Part shown: positions 18,065-27,175 of the stretch, one piece after another
Layout: each line of letters begins with the position of its first letter
How positions within the stretch are numbered: the stretch's first letter is position 1
Assembly: GCA_964604995.1 (NCBI GenBank)
Contig: CAZSAD010000002.1
Span: forward strand, 40,434 to 96,523
From: an uncultured Methanosarcinales archaeon
Lineage (GTDB): Archaea > Nanobdellota > Nanobdellia > Woesearchaeales > JABMPP01
DNA length: 56,090 nt
Direction: 5' to 3'
Program-made: the position numbers and the translations under genes
The notes under the pieces: model-generated
Seen by the model: only the letters and a program-made list of their open reading frames with translations
Database searches by the model: none
What the model was told of the DNA's origin: nothing

Positions 18065-20602
18065 ATGGACATTTCTTCTATTTTATTGACGATGGAAACT
18101 ACGCAGACAACTCAAAAAATAGTACAAAAAATAATCGAAGATGAGATGAAGCATTCTTATATTGATTATGCCATGTCTGTAATTGTCGGAAGAGCATTAC
18201 CTGATGTTAAAGATGGTCTAAAACCGGTTCACAGAAGAATACTTTTTGCAATGAATGAGCTTGCTATGCACCATAACAAGCCATTTAAAAAATCAGCTAG
18301 AATCGTTGGAGAAGTTTTGGGTAAATTTCATCCACATGGCGATAGTGCTGTTTATGATAGTATTGTTAGAATGGCACAGGATTTTTCTTTAAGATACCCA
18401 CTAATAAATGGACAAGGTAACTGGGGTTCAATTGATGGGGATAATGCAGCAGCAATGAGGTATACTGAATGTAGGTTATCAAAAATTAGCGAAGAGATGC
18501 TACAAAATATTGAAAAAGAAACAGTTGATTTTCAACCAAATTTTGATGGCAGTTTAACAGAACCAATTGTTCTTCCATCAAAAATTCCTAATTTACTTTT
18601 GAATGGTAGCTCTGGAATTGCTGTTGGTATGGCAACCAATATGCCACCACACAACTTAAACGAGGTTGCAGATGCAATAACTGCAACAATTGACAATCCA
18701 GATATTACTGTAAATGAATTATTAAATTACGTTCAAGCACCAGATTTTCCAACAGGCGGAATTGTTTACTCTGCAGGAATTCTTGAATCTTATACTTATG
18801 GGAGAGGAAGAGTAATTGTTAGAGCCAAAACTAGAATTGAAGAGCATAAAGGAAAACAAAGAATCATTGTAAGTGAAGTTCCTTATACTGTAAATAAAGC
18901 ACAAATGATTGAGCATATTGCAGATTTAGTTAGAGATAAAAAAATTATTGGTATAGGGGATATCAGAGATGAATCTGATAGAGATGGAATTAGAGTTGTT
19001 TTAGAAATAAAAAAGGACAACGATACTGATGTTATCCTAAATCAATTATTCAAACATACAAGAATGCAAATAACATTCGGAATTAATATGCTAGCTTTAG
19101 TAAACAATGAACCTAAAACTTTAGGATTAAAATCTTTAATTAATTATCATATACAACATAGACAAGATGTTATTCGCAAAAGAACACAATTTGATTTAAC
19201 AAAAGCCGAGAAAAAAGCACATATTTTCGAGGGCCTAATAATTGCATTAAATAGTATTGATGCAATTGTTCAACTAATTAAATCTAGTAAATCAGTTGAA
19301 ATTGCAAGATTAGGGCTTAGTCAAAATTATTCTTTATCTGAAGAGCAAGCAAATGCAATTCTTGAAATGAAATTATCAAGACTTACAAGTTTAGAACAAG
19401 AAAAAATAAGACAGGATCTTGAAGAAACCAAAAAATTCATTTCTGAAATGAAAGATATTTTATCAAGCGAGAAAAAAATACTTGAATTAATTAAAACTGA
19501 ACTTAAAGAACTTAAAAAAGAATATGGGGATTCTAGAAGAACTGAAATTGTAGCAGGCGGAGATGATATTGAACTTAATGTTGAAGATTTAATTGAAGAA
19601 CAAAATATGGTTGTTACAATTACTCACCATGGTTATATCAAAAGAATGCCAATTGATACTTATAAACAACAAAGAAGAGGAGGAAGAGGTGTTGTTGGTG
19701 CAACAGCTAAAGGTGAAGAAGATTTCATTGAAACTATTTTTGTTGCAAGCACGCATTCATATTTATTATTTTTTACAAATAAAGGCCAAGCATATTGGTT
19801 AAAAGTTTACCAAATACCTGAAACAGGAAGACAAGCACAAGGTAAGGCAATTGTAAATTTGCTTGAACTTTCAGAAGCTGAAAAAATAACAGCATTTGTG
19901 CCAGTTCCAATTTTTGTTGAGGGGAATTATTTGGTTCTTGCAACTAAAAAAGGTATTATCAAAAAAACAGATATTATGTCCTATTCTAATCCAAGAAAGG
20001 GGGGAATTATTGCAATTAATCTTGAAGGCAATGATGAACTTGTTTCAGCAAGATTAACTGACGGCAGCAGAAATTTAATACTCGCTTCTAAAAAAGGATC
20101 GGCAATACATTTTGCAGAAGGGGATGTTAGGGCTGCAGGAAGAACAAGTATGGGAGTTTATGGAATGAGGCTAAAAGCAGATGATGAAGTAATTGGAATG
20201 GTTATTTCTGATCCTAGTATGACACTTTTAACAATTACTGAAAATGGATTTGGCAAAAGAACCAAAATAGATGAATATAGTGTAATCCACAGAGGCGGTT
20301 TAGGAGTAATAAATATTCAATGCAATGAAAGAAATGGAGATGTTGTAGCAGTTAAAGAAGTTAGTGACAAGGATGATATTATGATAATTAGTAAAAATGG
20401 AATAGTAATTAGAACTTTGGCAGGTGATATTTCTATTATAGGTAGAAATACTCAAGGTGTTAGGTTAATGAAATTGGAAGCAGATGACAAAGTTGTCGAT
20501 GCTGCAATAATTATTCCTGAAGATAATGGCAATATTAATGGAAATATACCTGATAACAATTTAGAGATTGACAATAAAAGTGAACTTATAAATAAAGGAT
20601 AA
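18065..20602 (+). CDS. gyrA: DNA gyrase subunit A
   Basis: [37 protein letters not shown] (catalytic Tyr context) and C-terminal beta-pinwheel repeats. Confidence 0.95.
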   Translation: MDISSILLTMETTQTTQKIVQKIIEDEMKHSYIDYAMSVIVGRALPDVKDGLKPVHRRILFAMNELAMHHNKPFKKSARIVGEVLGKFHPHGDSAVYDSIVRMAQDFSLRYPLINGQGNWGSIDGDNAAAMRYTECRLSKISEEMLQNIEKETVDFQPNFDGSLTEPIVLPSKIPNLLLNGSSGIAVGMATNMPPHNLNEVADAITATIDNPDITVNELLNYVQAPDFPTGGIVYSAGILESYTYGRGRVIVRAKTRIEEHKGKQRIIVSEVPYTVNKAQMIEHIADLVRDKKIIGIGDIRDESDRDGIRVVLEIKKDNDTDVILNQLFKHTRMQITFGINMLALVNNEPKTLGLKSLINYHIQHRQDVIRKRTQFDLTKAEKKAHIFEGLIIALNSIDAIVQLIKSSKSVEIARLGLSQNYSLSEEQANAILEMKLSRLTSLEQEKIRQDLEETKKFISEMKDILSSEKKILELIKTELKELKKEYGDSRRTEIVAGGDDIELNVEDLIEEQNMVVTITHHGYIKRMPIDTYKQQRRGGRGVVGATAKGEEDFIETIFVASTHSYLLFFTNKGQAYWLKVYQIPETGRQAQGKAIVNLLELSEAEKITAFVPVPIFVEGNYLVLATKKGIIKKTDIMSYSNPRKGGIIAINLEGNDELVSARLTDGSRNLILASKKGSAIHFAEGDVRAAGRTSMGVYGMRLKADDEVIGMVISDPSMTLLTITENGFGKRTKIDEYSVIHRGGLGVINIQCNERNGDVVAVKEVSDKDDIMIISKNGIVIRTLAGDISIIGRNTQGVRLMKLEADDKVVDAAIIIPEDNGNINGNIPDNNLEIDNKSELINKG

Positions 20603-20616
20603 ACTCTCTTCTTTTA

Positions 20617-21780
20617 ATGGATACTTTACTTAAATCATTTGCTATAGCAAATAAAGGTACTGAAAATTTTTGTGCAAAGGAAATTAAAGATTTAATAAAC
20701 GCAAATTGTAAAATCTTAGATAGGGCAATTATTTTTGAGACAGAAAAATATGAAGACTTATGTAAATTATCTTATCTAGGTCAAAGTTTTTCTCGTGTTG
20801 TTTTGCATATGGGTGATTTTGAATTTGAAGAGAATCTTTTTTTAAAACTTGAAGAAAATATTCTGTCTAGCAAAATTAATAATTGGTTGCATGAGGGTAT
20901 AACTTTTAGAACAGAATGCTTAAGATTAGGAGAACATAATTTTACAAGTGTTGATGTAGAACAAAAATCAGGTGGATTTATTCTAAAAAAATGTGAAGGC
21001 AAAGTAAAAGTTGATTTAAGAAGACCAACATTAATAGTTTTTATTTTTGTAGTAGACACTCATTGTTATTTTGGAGTTGATTTTTCAGGTTTTGATCAAT
21101 CTTTAAGAGAATACAAAATTTTCTCACACAGAGAATCTTTGAATGGGTCCATTGCATATTGTCTTCTTCGACTTTCAGATTGGAATAAAAAAGAAATAAT
21201 TGTAGATCCATTTTGCGGATCAGCTACAATTCCAATTGAAGCTGCATTTTGGCAAACAGGCATTTCACATAATCAATTCAGAAAGGAGAAATTAGCATTC
21301 ACCCATATGGAATTAGGATTTGACCAAAAAAAATTCTTTGATACCATTGATAAAAAAATAAAATTTCCAGATAAAATTTCAATATTTGGAAGTGATATGC
21401 TTCTTGCGTCTGTAAATGCCAGCGAAAAAAATGCAAAGATAGCGGGAATTCACAAAGCAGTTAAAGTAATGAGAATGGATATGGAATGGTTAGATACTAA
21501 ATTTGAAGAAAATACCATTTCAAAAATAGTTACGCATTTTCCAGATTCAATTAAAAATCTTGACGATAAAGATGATGAAAAAAAGCTTGAGAAATTATAC
21601 AAAGAATTCTTTTATCAAGTTGATTTTTCAATGAAAAAAAAGAACGCATCAATAATTGCAATTTGTAATTATTTGGATACAATGAAAAAAAATGCAGAAG
21701 AATTTGGATTTAAAATTGATGGCAAATTTGAATTTTGGCAAGGTAAAGAAAAATTAAATATTGTGAAATTTGTTAGATAA
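20617..21780 (+). CDS. THUMP-domain SAM-dependent methyltransferase (Trm14/RlmL-like) with a degenerate catalytic motif IV
   Basis: Motif I IVDPFCGSATIPIEAA. At the position of the usual NPPYG motif the sequence reads IVTHFPDS. Confidence 0.7.
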   Translation: MDTLLKSFAIANKGTENFCAKEIKDLINANCKILDRAIIFETEKYEDLCKLSYLGQSFSRVVLHMGDFEFEENLFLKLEENILSSKINNWLHEGITFRTECLRLGEHNFTSVDVEQKSGGFILKKCEGKVKVDLRRPTLIVFIFVVDTHCYFGVDFSGFDQSLREYKIFSHRESLNGSIAYCLLRLSDWNKKEIIVDPFCGSATIPIEAAFWQTGISHNQFRKEKLAFTHMELGFDQKKFFDTIDKKIKFPDKISIFGSDMLLASVNASEKNAKIAGIHKAVKVMRMDMEWLDTKFEENTISKIVTHFPDSIKNLDDKDDEKKLEKLYKEFFYQVDFSMKKKNASIIAICNYLDTMKKNAEEFGFKIDGKFEFWQGKEKLNIVKFVR

Positions 21781-21884
21781 TTTATTTCAAATAACCTTTA
21801 TGTTTAATATCTTTAACATTTTTTATTATGTTTTTACTAATTTTTTGCTATATATTTTTAAACCATTAACAATTATAATCTTAT

Positions 21885-22244
21885 TGTGGGGCAGTGCTTG
21901 GCAGAAGGTGGATTCATAGGAATCTGCTTAGGAAAGTCCGCCCACAGTAAAAGACCACTCCATCTGGAGATCCTGAAATGGATGGCAACCACTCAGAAAC
22001 GATACAACCAAGAAATAAGATGATGCAGTGAGAAGCTTTACGCAAGTAAAGTAAGTTAACCAGCTGATGTTTTTTTTGGAATTGGTGAAACGGTGAGCCC
22101 TGGTTTGTGCAAGTCCTTTGCGACGCTTAGTTGAATGCCAAGATTTGCTATCGCATCTATGAAGTATGGGAAAGCATCACATGCTTCTCATCGATAAAGT
22201 GGGTGTTTGAGCAAAACAAAAGGTGGCTTATAGCTGCCCCACAG
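21885..22244 (+). ncRNA. rnpB: RNase P RNA
   Basis: 10-bp P1 closing helix (TGTGGGGCAG at 21885 paired with CTGCCCCACA at 22234). Conserved AGGAAAGTCCGCCCAC (CR-I) and ACAAAAGGTGGCTTATAG (CR-V-like). It is a GC-rich island in AT-rich DNA. Confidence 0.9.
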
Positions 22245-22515
22245 ATTTTTAACAAAAATCTGGTAAAAACAAAGACGACATAAAGTCGTCTGAACATGAT
22301 ATTACTGTAAAATTTTTATCGTTGTCAATACTCTCTTTTTTTATTAAATTTACATCAAACCAAGAAAAGTTTGTGCAAAAGAAAAAGCCCTAGGTAAAAT
22401 GAAAAAGTCGTCGCCTTTGGCTCCTGGATTTTTGCAAAGCAAAAATCTTAGATAGAAACAAAATCTTCTTTTCAAAAGCGAATATTTTTAAACATGTCAC
22501 AATTACATTTTAAGT

Positions 22516-22692
22516 ATGGGAAGAGACGATAAAATAAGAATGCCTTCTAGCATGGGTGGACTTACTAGCTATGCTGAAGATTATAAAAGTAATATTGAGA
22601 TAAAACCAGGTACTGTTATTATGATTATTATTCTAGTTGCAATTACATTAATACTTCTTAATATTTATGGAAGAACCCTGTTTGGTATTTAG
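22516..22692 (+). CDS. secG: preprotein translocase subunit Sec61-beta (SecG, archaeal); 58 aa, below the ORF-track cutoff
   Basis: MGRDDKIRMPSSMGGLTSYAEDYKSNIEIKPGTVIMIIILVAITLILLNIYGRTLFGI*. It has the P-S-x-GL-x-Y motif, a single C-terminal TM and a YGR ending, as in archaeal Sec-beta. Confidence 0.8.
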   Translation: MGRDDKIRMPSSMGGLTSYAEDYKSNIEIKPGTVIMIIILVAITLILLNIYGRTLFGI

Positions 22693-22701
22693 GTGATTTT
22701 C

Positions 22702-23049
22702 TTGTTTCCTGGAGTTAATAAAAGACAAATGGAACTTGCAATGCGCAAGATGGGTATTCAACAGCAAGAACTTGATGCAGTTGAAGTTATAATCAGATTA
22801 AAAGATAAAGAAATTGTAATTAGTGAACCAAATGTTTCTAAAGTTAATATGATGGGTCAATATACTTATCAAGTTGTAGGTAAAGAAACAACAAGGCCTC
22901 TTTTTATACCAAGTTCTGAAATTGAAATAAATGAAGAAGACATTAAAACAGTAATTGAACAAACAGGCGTTGATTATAATACTGCAAAAGATGCGATAAA
23001 AAAACACAAAGGCGATTTGGCAGAAGCAATAATGGAATTAAAAGAATAA
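22702..23049 (+). CDS. nac: nascent polypeptide-associated complex protein (NAC + UBA domains)
   Basis: (M)FPGVNKRQMELAMRKMGIQQQEL...VISEPNVSKVNMMGQYTYQVVG and C-terminal UBA-like DIKTVIEQTGVDYNTAKDAIKKHKGDLAEAIMEL. The TTG at 22702 is preceded by AGGTGA; the ORF opens at GTG 22693. Confidence 0.85.
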   Translation: MFPGVNKRQMELAMRKMGIQQQELDAVEVIIRLKDKEIVISEPNVSKVNMMGQYTYQVVGKETTRPLFIPSSEIEINEEDIKTVIEQTGVDYNTAKDAIKKHKGDLAEAIMELKE

Positions 23050-23130
23050 ATTTTTCTACATTTATAAAACAATACATTTTTATAGTAAATTTCATCAAAT
23101 TCTAAAATTAAATCATTTGGAGGGGATTAA

Positions 23131-23841
23131 ATGAGAAAAATTTCTATACATTTTGGGATAATAACAATATTTATTATGTTATTGTCGGGATTAGTGGGGG
23201 CAGTTTGTAAAACTGGTACAGTAAATGGACATTATACAACGACAGAAACAAATTATACTTGTACTATTACTTATCAACCTAATTCAACATATGGGCAAGA
23301 TGCAAGAGTACTAACTCATGCTACAAATCCAACATACGCTAACATGAATTTGGGAACAGATGCTTATTTTGAAACCTACGCATGGACTTGGTCTGGAGTT
23401 TTTGTTTTAGAGAGGAGTCTTTTAAAATTTGACTTGACGCCTTTAAATAATGTGACCAACGTAACATCTGCAACACTTTATTTATTTAATGATGGTGTGG
23501 ATTTACATGGGCAAGGAAATTCAATATATTCAAATCAATCATCAACGAAATTATCAAGATTATCTTCTACATGGACTCAAAATAATGTAACTTGGAACAT
23601 ACAACCTGGAATCTCAAATAGTTCCGCCATTTTAATAAATGCGCCAAGTGCACTTAATGGGAATTTAACAGTTGATGTTACTTCTCATATAACTAGTTGG
23701 GTAACAATGAGCGTACCAAATTATGGATGGAGATATTCTTTACAGACAGAAAATACTTATAGGTCAACCCACTACAAAACTTCAGAATATATTGTATCAA
23801 ATATGAGACCTAGATTAGTAGTTGTCTACCCAAAGAACTAA
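23131..23841 (+). CDS. secreted DNRLRE-like domain protein
   Basis: Signal/TM segment ISIHFGIITIFIMLLSGLVGA. ERSLLKFDLTPLNNVTNVTSATLYLF...LSSTWTQNNVTWNIQPG follows the DNRLRE-domain pattern (ralLkFDLs...sAtL.Ly...W.e..vTWn..P). Confidence 0.5.
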   Translation: MRKISIHFGIITIFIMLLSGLVGAVCKTGTVNGHYTTTETNYTCTITYQPNSTYGQDARVLTHATNPTYANMNLGTDAYFETYAWTWSGVFVLERSLLKFDLTPLNNVTNVTSATLYLFNDGVDLHGQGNSIYSNQSSTKLSRLSSTWTQNNVTWNIQPGISNSSAILINAPSALNGNLTVDVTSHITSWVTMSVPNYGWRYSLQTENTYRSTHYKTSEYIVSNMRPRLVVVYPKN

Positions 23842-23930
23842 GGTAATTAATTATCTTAGTAATTAAAAAAATAAATTATTTTTTCTTTTTTTCTTAAATT
23901 TTTTATACTTGTAAAACAATAGTATATTTA

Positions 23931-24395
23931 ATGCAAGCTTATGAGCAGTTTTTAGAAAATGCGAAAAAGTATGTAAGGACAGCAGATCATCTTCTAACAA
24001 ATACCTTTCCTCTTGTAAAAGATCCAAGAATGCTAGTTTCTGTATTGCATAATGTTGATTTAGCTTACAGAAATATTGTTCTTTTTATGTTAAATCGAGA
24101 TGTTACACAAGGAAAAATTCCTGATTTTGATCAAACAGATTTTGGAGCAGTAATTAGTTTATTTAAGGCAAGAGCAGAAAGAAGATATACAATTAAATTA
24201 GAATATGTAAAAATAGTTGAAGAGATCTATAATTTAGTTAAAGACCATAAATCTTCTCCGATGGAATTTGCAAGACATGAAGTATTTGTTATTTGTTCAG
24301 ATAACTATGATGTAAAGACTGTCACAACTGCAAATCTTCGAGAGTGGATAGGTAAGGCAAAGCTATTTATAGATGAAATCTCAACCAAAAGCTAA
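23931..24395 (+). CDS. hypothetical helical protein (paralog family B, copy 1)
   Basis: 154 aa. It shares with the next gene an N-terminal FLE.A...+..DHL+ segment and a C-terminal EF/EY-x-R-H...V...+..++.KA..F+ segment. Confidence 0.6.
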   Translation: MQAYEQFLENAKKYVRTADHLLTNTFPLVKDPRMLVSVLHNVDLAYRNIVLFMLNRDVTQGKIPDFDQTDFGAVISLFKARAERRYTIKLEYVKIVEEIYNLVKDHKSSPMEFARHEVFVICSDNYDVKTVTTANLREWIGKAKLFIDEISTKS

Positions 24396-24397
24396 GC

Positions 24398-24850
24398 ATG
24401 GACGAGTTTCTAGAAGAGGCGATCGAGGAATTAAAACGTGTCGATCATCTTATTTATGTAAGTTTGAAATATACTCGAACAGTTGATGTGTTCAAAAGTA
24501 TTCTTGAAAGATTAATTACTTGTTATGATATTTCAATGGATGGTATTTTAAACAAATTAAAAGAAAAAGGAAAAATTGATTCTATTCCTCCAAGTCCTAT
24601 GCTTAAAGCAGAAATATTAAAGAAAATTTATTCTAAACAAGAAGAATTTATTCAATATCTTGATTTTTATATTTTCCTAAGAAAACTAAACAAAGCAGAG
24701 TATACAAGAAAAAATGAATATAGAAGACACGTTACAATGACTGCAACTTTTTTATCAGGTGAAGTTGTCGAAGTGACAATGGATATAATTCATGGATATT
24801 ATGACAAAGTAAAAGCTTTTGTTAAGTATGTAGGAGAAAATATATCATGA
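24398..24850 (+). CDS. hypothetical helical protein (paralog family B, copy 2)
   Basis: 150 aa. It starts 2 nt after the previous stop, and its own stop overlaps the minD start (ATGA). Confidence 0.6.
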   Translation: MDEFLEEAIEELKRVDHLIYVSLKYTRTVDVFKSILERLITCYDISMDGILNKLKEKGKIDSIPPSPMLKAEILKKIYSKQEEFIQYLDFYIFLRKLNKAEYTRKNEYRRHVTMTATFLSGEVVEVTMDIIHGYYDKVKAFVKYVGENIS

Positions 24851-25629
24851 CAAGATACATTGCAATAGCTTCTGGTAAAGGCGGTGCTGGAAAGACAACA
24901 GTTGCCTTAAATTTGGGTTTAGGATTAACTAATTTTGGAAGGGATACAATTGTTGTTGATGCTAATTTTCAAACACCACACATTGGTTTACATTTAGGTT
25001 CACCAGTAAATCCAGTTTCTTTAAATGATGTTTTGAAGGGAAATAAACACATAACTGAAGCAATATACAAACATTCTTCTGGGTTAAAGATTGTTCCTTT
25101 AACAATTGCAGTAGATGATTTAGGATATGCAGAAATATCAAAGCTTAAAGAAGCATTGGAAGGATTAAGAAATAGATGTGAAACAGTACTATTAGATTCA
25201 CCAGCAGGATTTGGAAGAGAAGTTGATGAAATCTTTAAAGCATGCGATAATGTTATTCTAATTGCAACACCTGATTTAATTTCTGTAACAGATGCATTAA
25301 AAACAAAAGTTAGAGCAGAAAAATTTGGTGCAAAAGCACTTGGAGTAATAATTAATAAAACTAGAAAAGATAAAATAGAAATGAATTTTAAAAATATAGA
25401 AAGTATGCTTGGTATTCCTATTCTTGAAGTTATCCATGAAGATGATGATATTAGACATGCGCTTCATATGAAGCATCCAGTTACATATTCACATCAAGAT
25501 TCAAAAGTTAGTGTACAATTTAAAAAATTAGCAGCAAAGTTACTTGGACAAACTTATGTTGATCATATAGAAGATAAAAAGCAAGAAAGCATTTATGCAA
25601 AAACATTAAAAAGACTAGGTTTTAAATAA
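24847..25629 (+). CDS. minD: MinD/ParA-family P-loop ATPase
   Basis: Deviant Walker A IAIASGKGGAGKTTVALNLG; Walker B VLLDSPAG. The C-terminal amphipathic basic tail YAKTLKRLGFK resembles a membrane-targeting helix. Confidence 0.85.
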   Translation: MTRYIAIASGKGGAGKTTVALNLGLGLTNFGRDTIVVDANFQTPHIGLHLGSPVNPVSLNDVLKGNKHITEAIYKHSSGLKIVPLTIAVDDLGYAEISKLKEALEGLRNRCETVLLDSPAGFGREVDEIFKACDNVILIATPDLISVTDALKTKVRAEKFGAKALGVIINKTRKDKIEMNFKNIESMLGIPILEVIHEDDDIRHALHMKHPVTYSHQDSKVSVQFKKLAAKLLGQTYVDHIEDKKQESIYAKTLKRLGFK

Positions 25630-25682
25630 TACTATACAACAATAAAATAATTAAAGTATTTATGAAATAATTAAAGTATCTG

Positions 25683-26243
25683 GTGTTTTTTCAAATGAAA
25701 AAAGTTGTAAAAAAAGAGGAAAATAAACGCGATAAAAAAGTTCCAATGAGAACTTTAGAAGAGCAAGAAGCAAGAATAAATGAATCTCTTACAAATATTA
25801 AACGAGCACAAATCAATAGAAAAGTAGAATATGAAAAGGCAACTCATAGAGTAATTTATTGGTCTGCTTTAGTTGTTTTATTGGTTTGTAATTTTGTAAT
25901 TTCAGTTATACTTGTACCATTTATTCTTGTTATGAGTGGTCTTAGATTTTATTTACTAGTTATACTTTTTGCTTTAATTTTTGGATGGTTGTTTAATTTA
26001 ATTATAAATGATATTGAACATATAGAGAGTAAACACCATCTTTTTGCAATTATAATTTTACCAGTTGTAGGTCTTATTAATATTCTAATTACTACGAATG
26101 TATCAAATTATTTAGCTAAAATGCTAATGCTACCAAATTATACTAATCCTACTCTTCCAGCAACACTTTATGCAATAGTTTTCTTGTTGCCTTACATTTA
26201 TTCAGTTGTTAATGGAAAGAAAGAAACTGACAATGTGGCATAA
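25683..26243 (+). CDS. hypothetical membrane protein (basic N-terminus, ~4 TM)
   Basis: K/E-rich cytoplasmic head followed by four hydrophobic segments. Same strand, directly after minD. The start may be the ATG at 25695. Confidence 0.55.
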   Translation: MFFQMKKVVKKEENKRDKKVPMRTLEEQEARINESLTNIKRAQINRKVEYEKATHRVIYWSALVVLLVCNFVISVILVPFILVMSGLRFYLLVILFALIFGWLFNLIINDIEHIESKHHLFAIIILPVVGLINILITTNVSNYLAKMLMLPNYTNPTLPATLYAIVFLLPYIYSVVNGKKETDNVA

Positions 26244-26281
26244 TCAATAATGTGGGATAATTAGAAATAAAATAAATAATA

Positions 26282-26313
26282 AATCTAAGGAGCAATTAAT
26301 CTAAGGAGCAATT
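26282..26313 (+). repeat. perfect 16-nt tandem duplication AATCTAAGGAGCAATT x2 covering the ribosome-binding site
   Basis: 26282-26297 and 26298-26313 are identical. Each copy contains AAGGAG, and the ATG of the next gene is at 26319. Confidence 0.9.
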
Positions 26314-26318
26314 TTACA

Positions 26319-26993
26319 ATGTGGATAACAAAGCTCAAATTAAAGCATAATGATTGTCCAATTGTAAATAGATGTCAAAAATTTAATTTAATTGTTCTAT
26401 CATATCCTAGCACTTGGTACGAAGATAAAGGTAAAAAATTTGCAACGACAACTTGTTTTTTTCAAAGTGATGATGAAGAAAAGAAAAATAAATTTATTGA
26501 AGATTTAAAGGCAGATAGAAGAATATCAAACATAGATGTAAGTGGGGATATTTTTACTTATGAAATAAATTTAGGTAAACAAGGTGAACATGTCATGCTT
26601 TACCATTTACGAAGAATTTTCTTTGTAAAACCAGTTGTGAATCATTTCGATGGTCATGAATATTGGGAAGTTGCTGCTTGGAAAAAAGAAGATTTGCAAA
26701 AATTTATTGATTCACTTAAAGGACATATGGATGTATGTACAATAATGAAAATAGAAAATTCCCATTTGACAGATGTTTATTTTCCAAATGTGATGCCTAA
26801 ACTTTCAGATAGTCAAAGAAAAGCGCTTGAAATAGCATATGCAAATGGTTACTATTCTTATCCTAGAAAAGCATCTCTTAAGCAACTTGCAAAAATTGCA
26901 AAAATTGGGATTTCTACATTTCAAGAACATTTAAGAAAAGCAGAGTTGAAACTACTTCCAGTTATAATTGAATATCAAATGAAACAACATTGA
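26319..26993 (+). CDS. HTH_10 (Bat/bacterio-opsin-activator-type) DNA-binding transcriptional regulator
   Basis: C-terminus LSDSQRKALEIAYANGYYSYPRKASLKQLAKIAKIGISTFQEHLRKAELKLL matches the archaeal HTH_10 domain pattern. Confidence 0.7.
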   Translation: MWITKLKLKHNDCPIVNRCQKFNLIVLSYPSTWYEDKGKKFATTTCFFQSDDEEKKNKFIEDLKADRRISNIDVSGDIFTYEINLGKQGEHVMLYHLRRIFFVKPVVNHFDGHEYWEVAAWKKEDLQKFIDSLKGHMDVCTIMKIENSHLTDVYFPNVMPKLSDSQRKALEIAYANGYYSYPRKASLKQLAKIAKIGISTFQEHLRKAELKLLPVIIEYQMKQH

Positions 26994-27074
26994 TTGTGAT
27001 ATGAAGTAAAGATAAAAAAAATTAAAATAAACTTATTTCTTGAATATGTCCCTATTTTTTATAATAATTCTAAA

Positions 27075-27130
27075 CTGAACAGTTTCGGCTTTTTCTTTTA
27101 ATAGTAATCAAAAGCCGAACATTTTCGGGT
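27075..27130 (+). terminator. cluster of overlapping hairpins/palindromes with a T-run (terminator-like or protein-binding)
   Basis: CTGAA(27075)/TTCGG(27084); TTCGGCTTTT(27084-27093) pairs with AAAAGCCGAA(27110-27119); CCGAA(27115)/TTCGG(27124). The run CTTTTTCTTTT follows the first hairpin. Confidence 0.4.
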
Positions 27131-27175
27131 AAAAGTCCTTATTTTCTTAAATTATACTACTGTAAAGTGATATAA

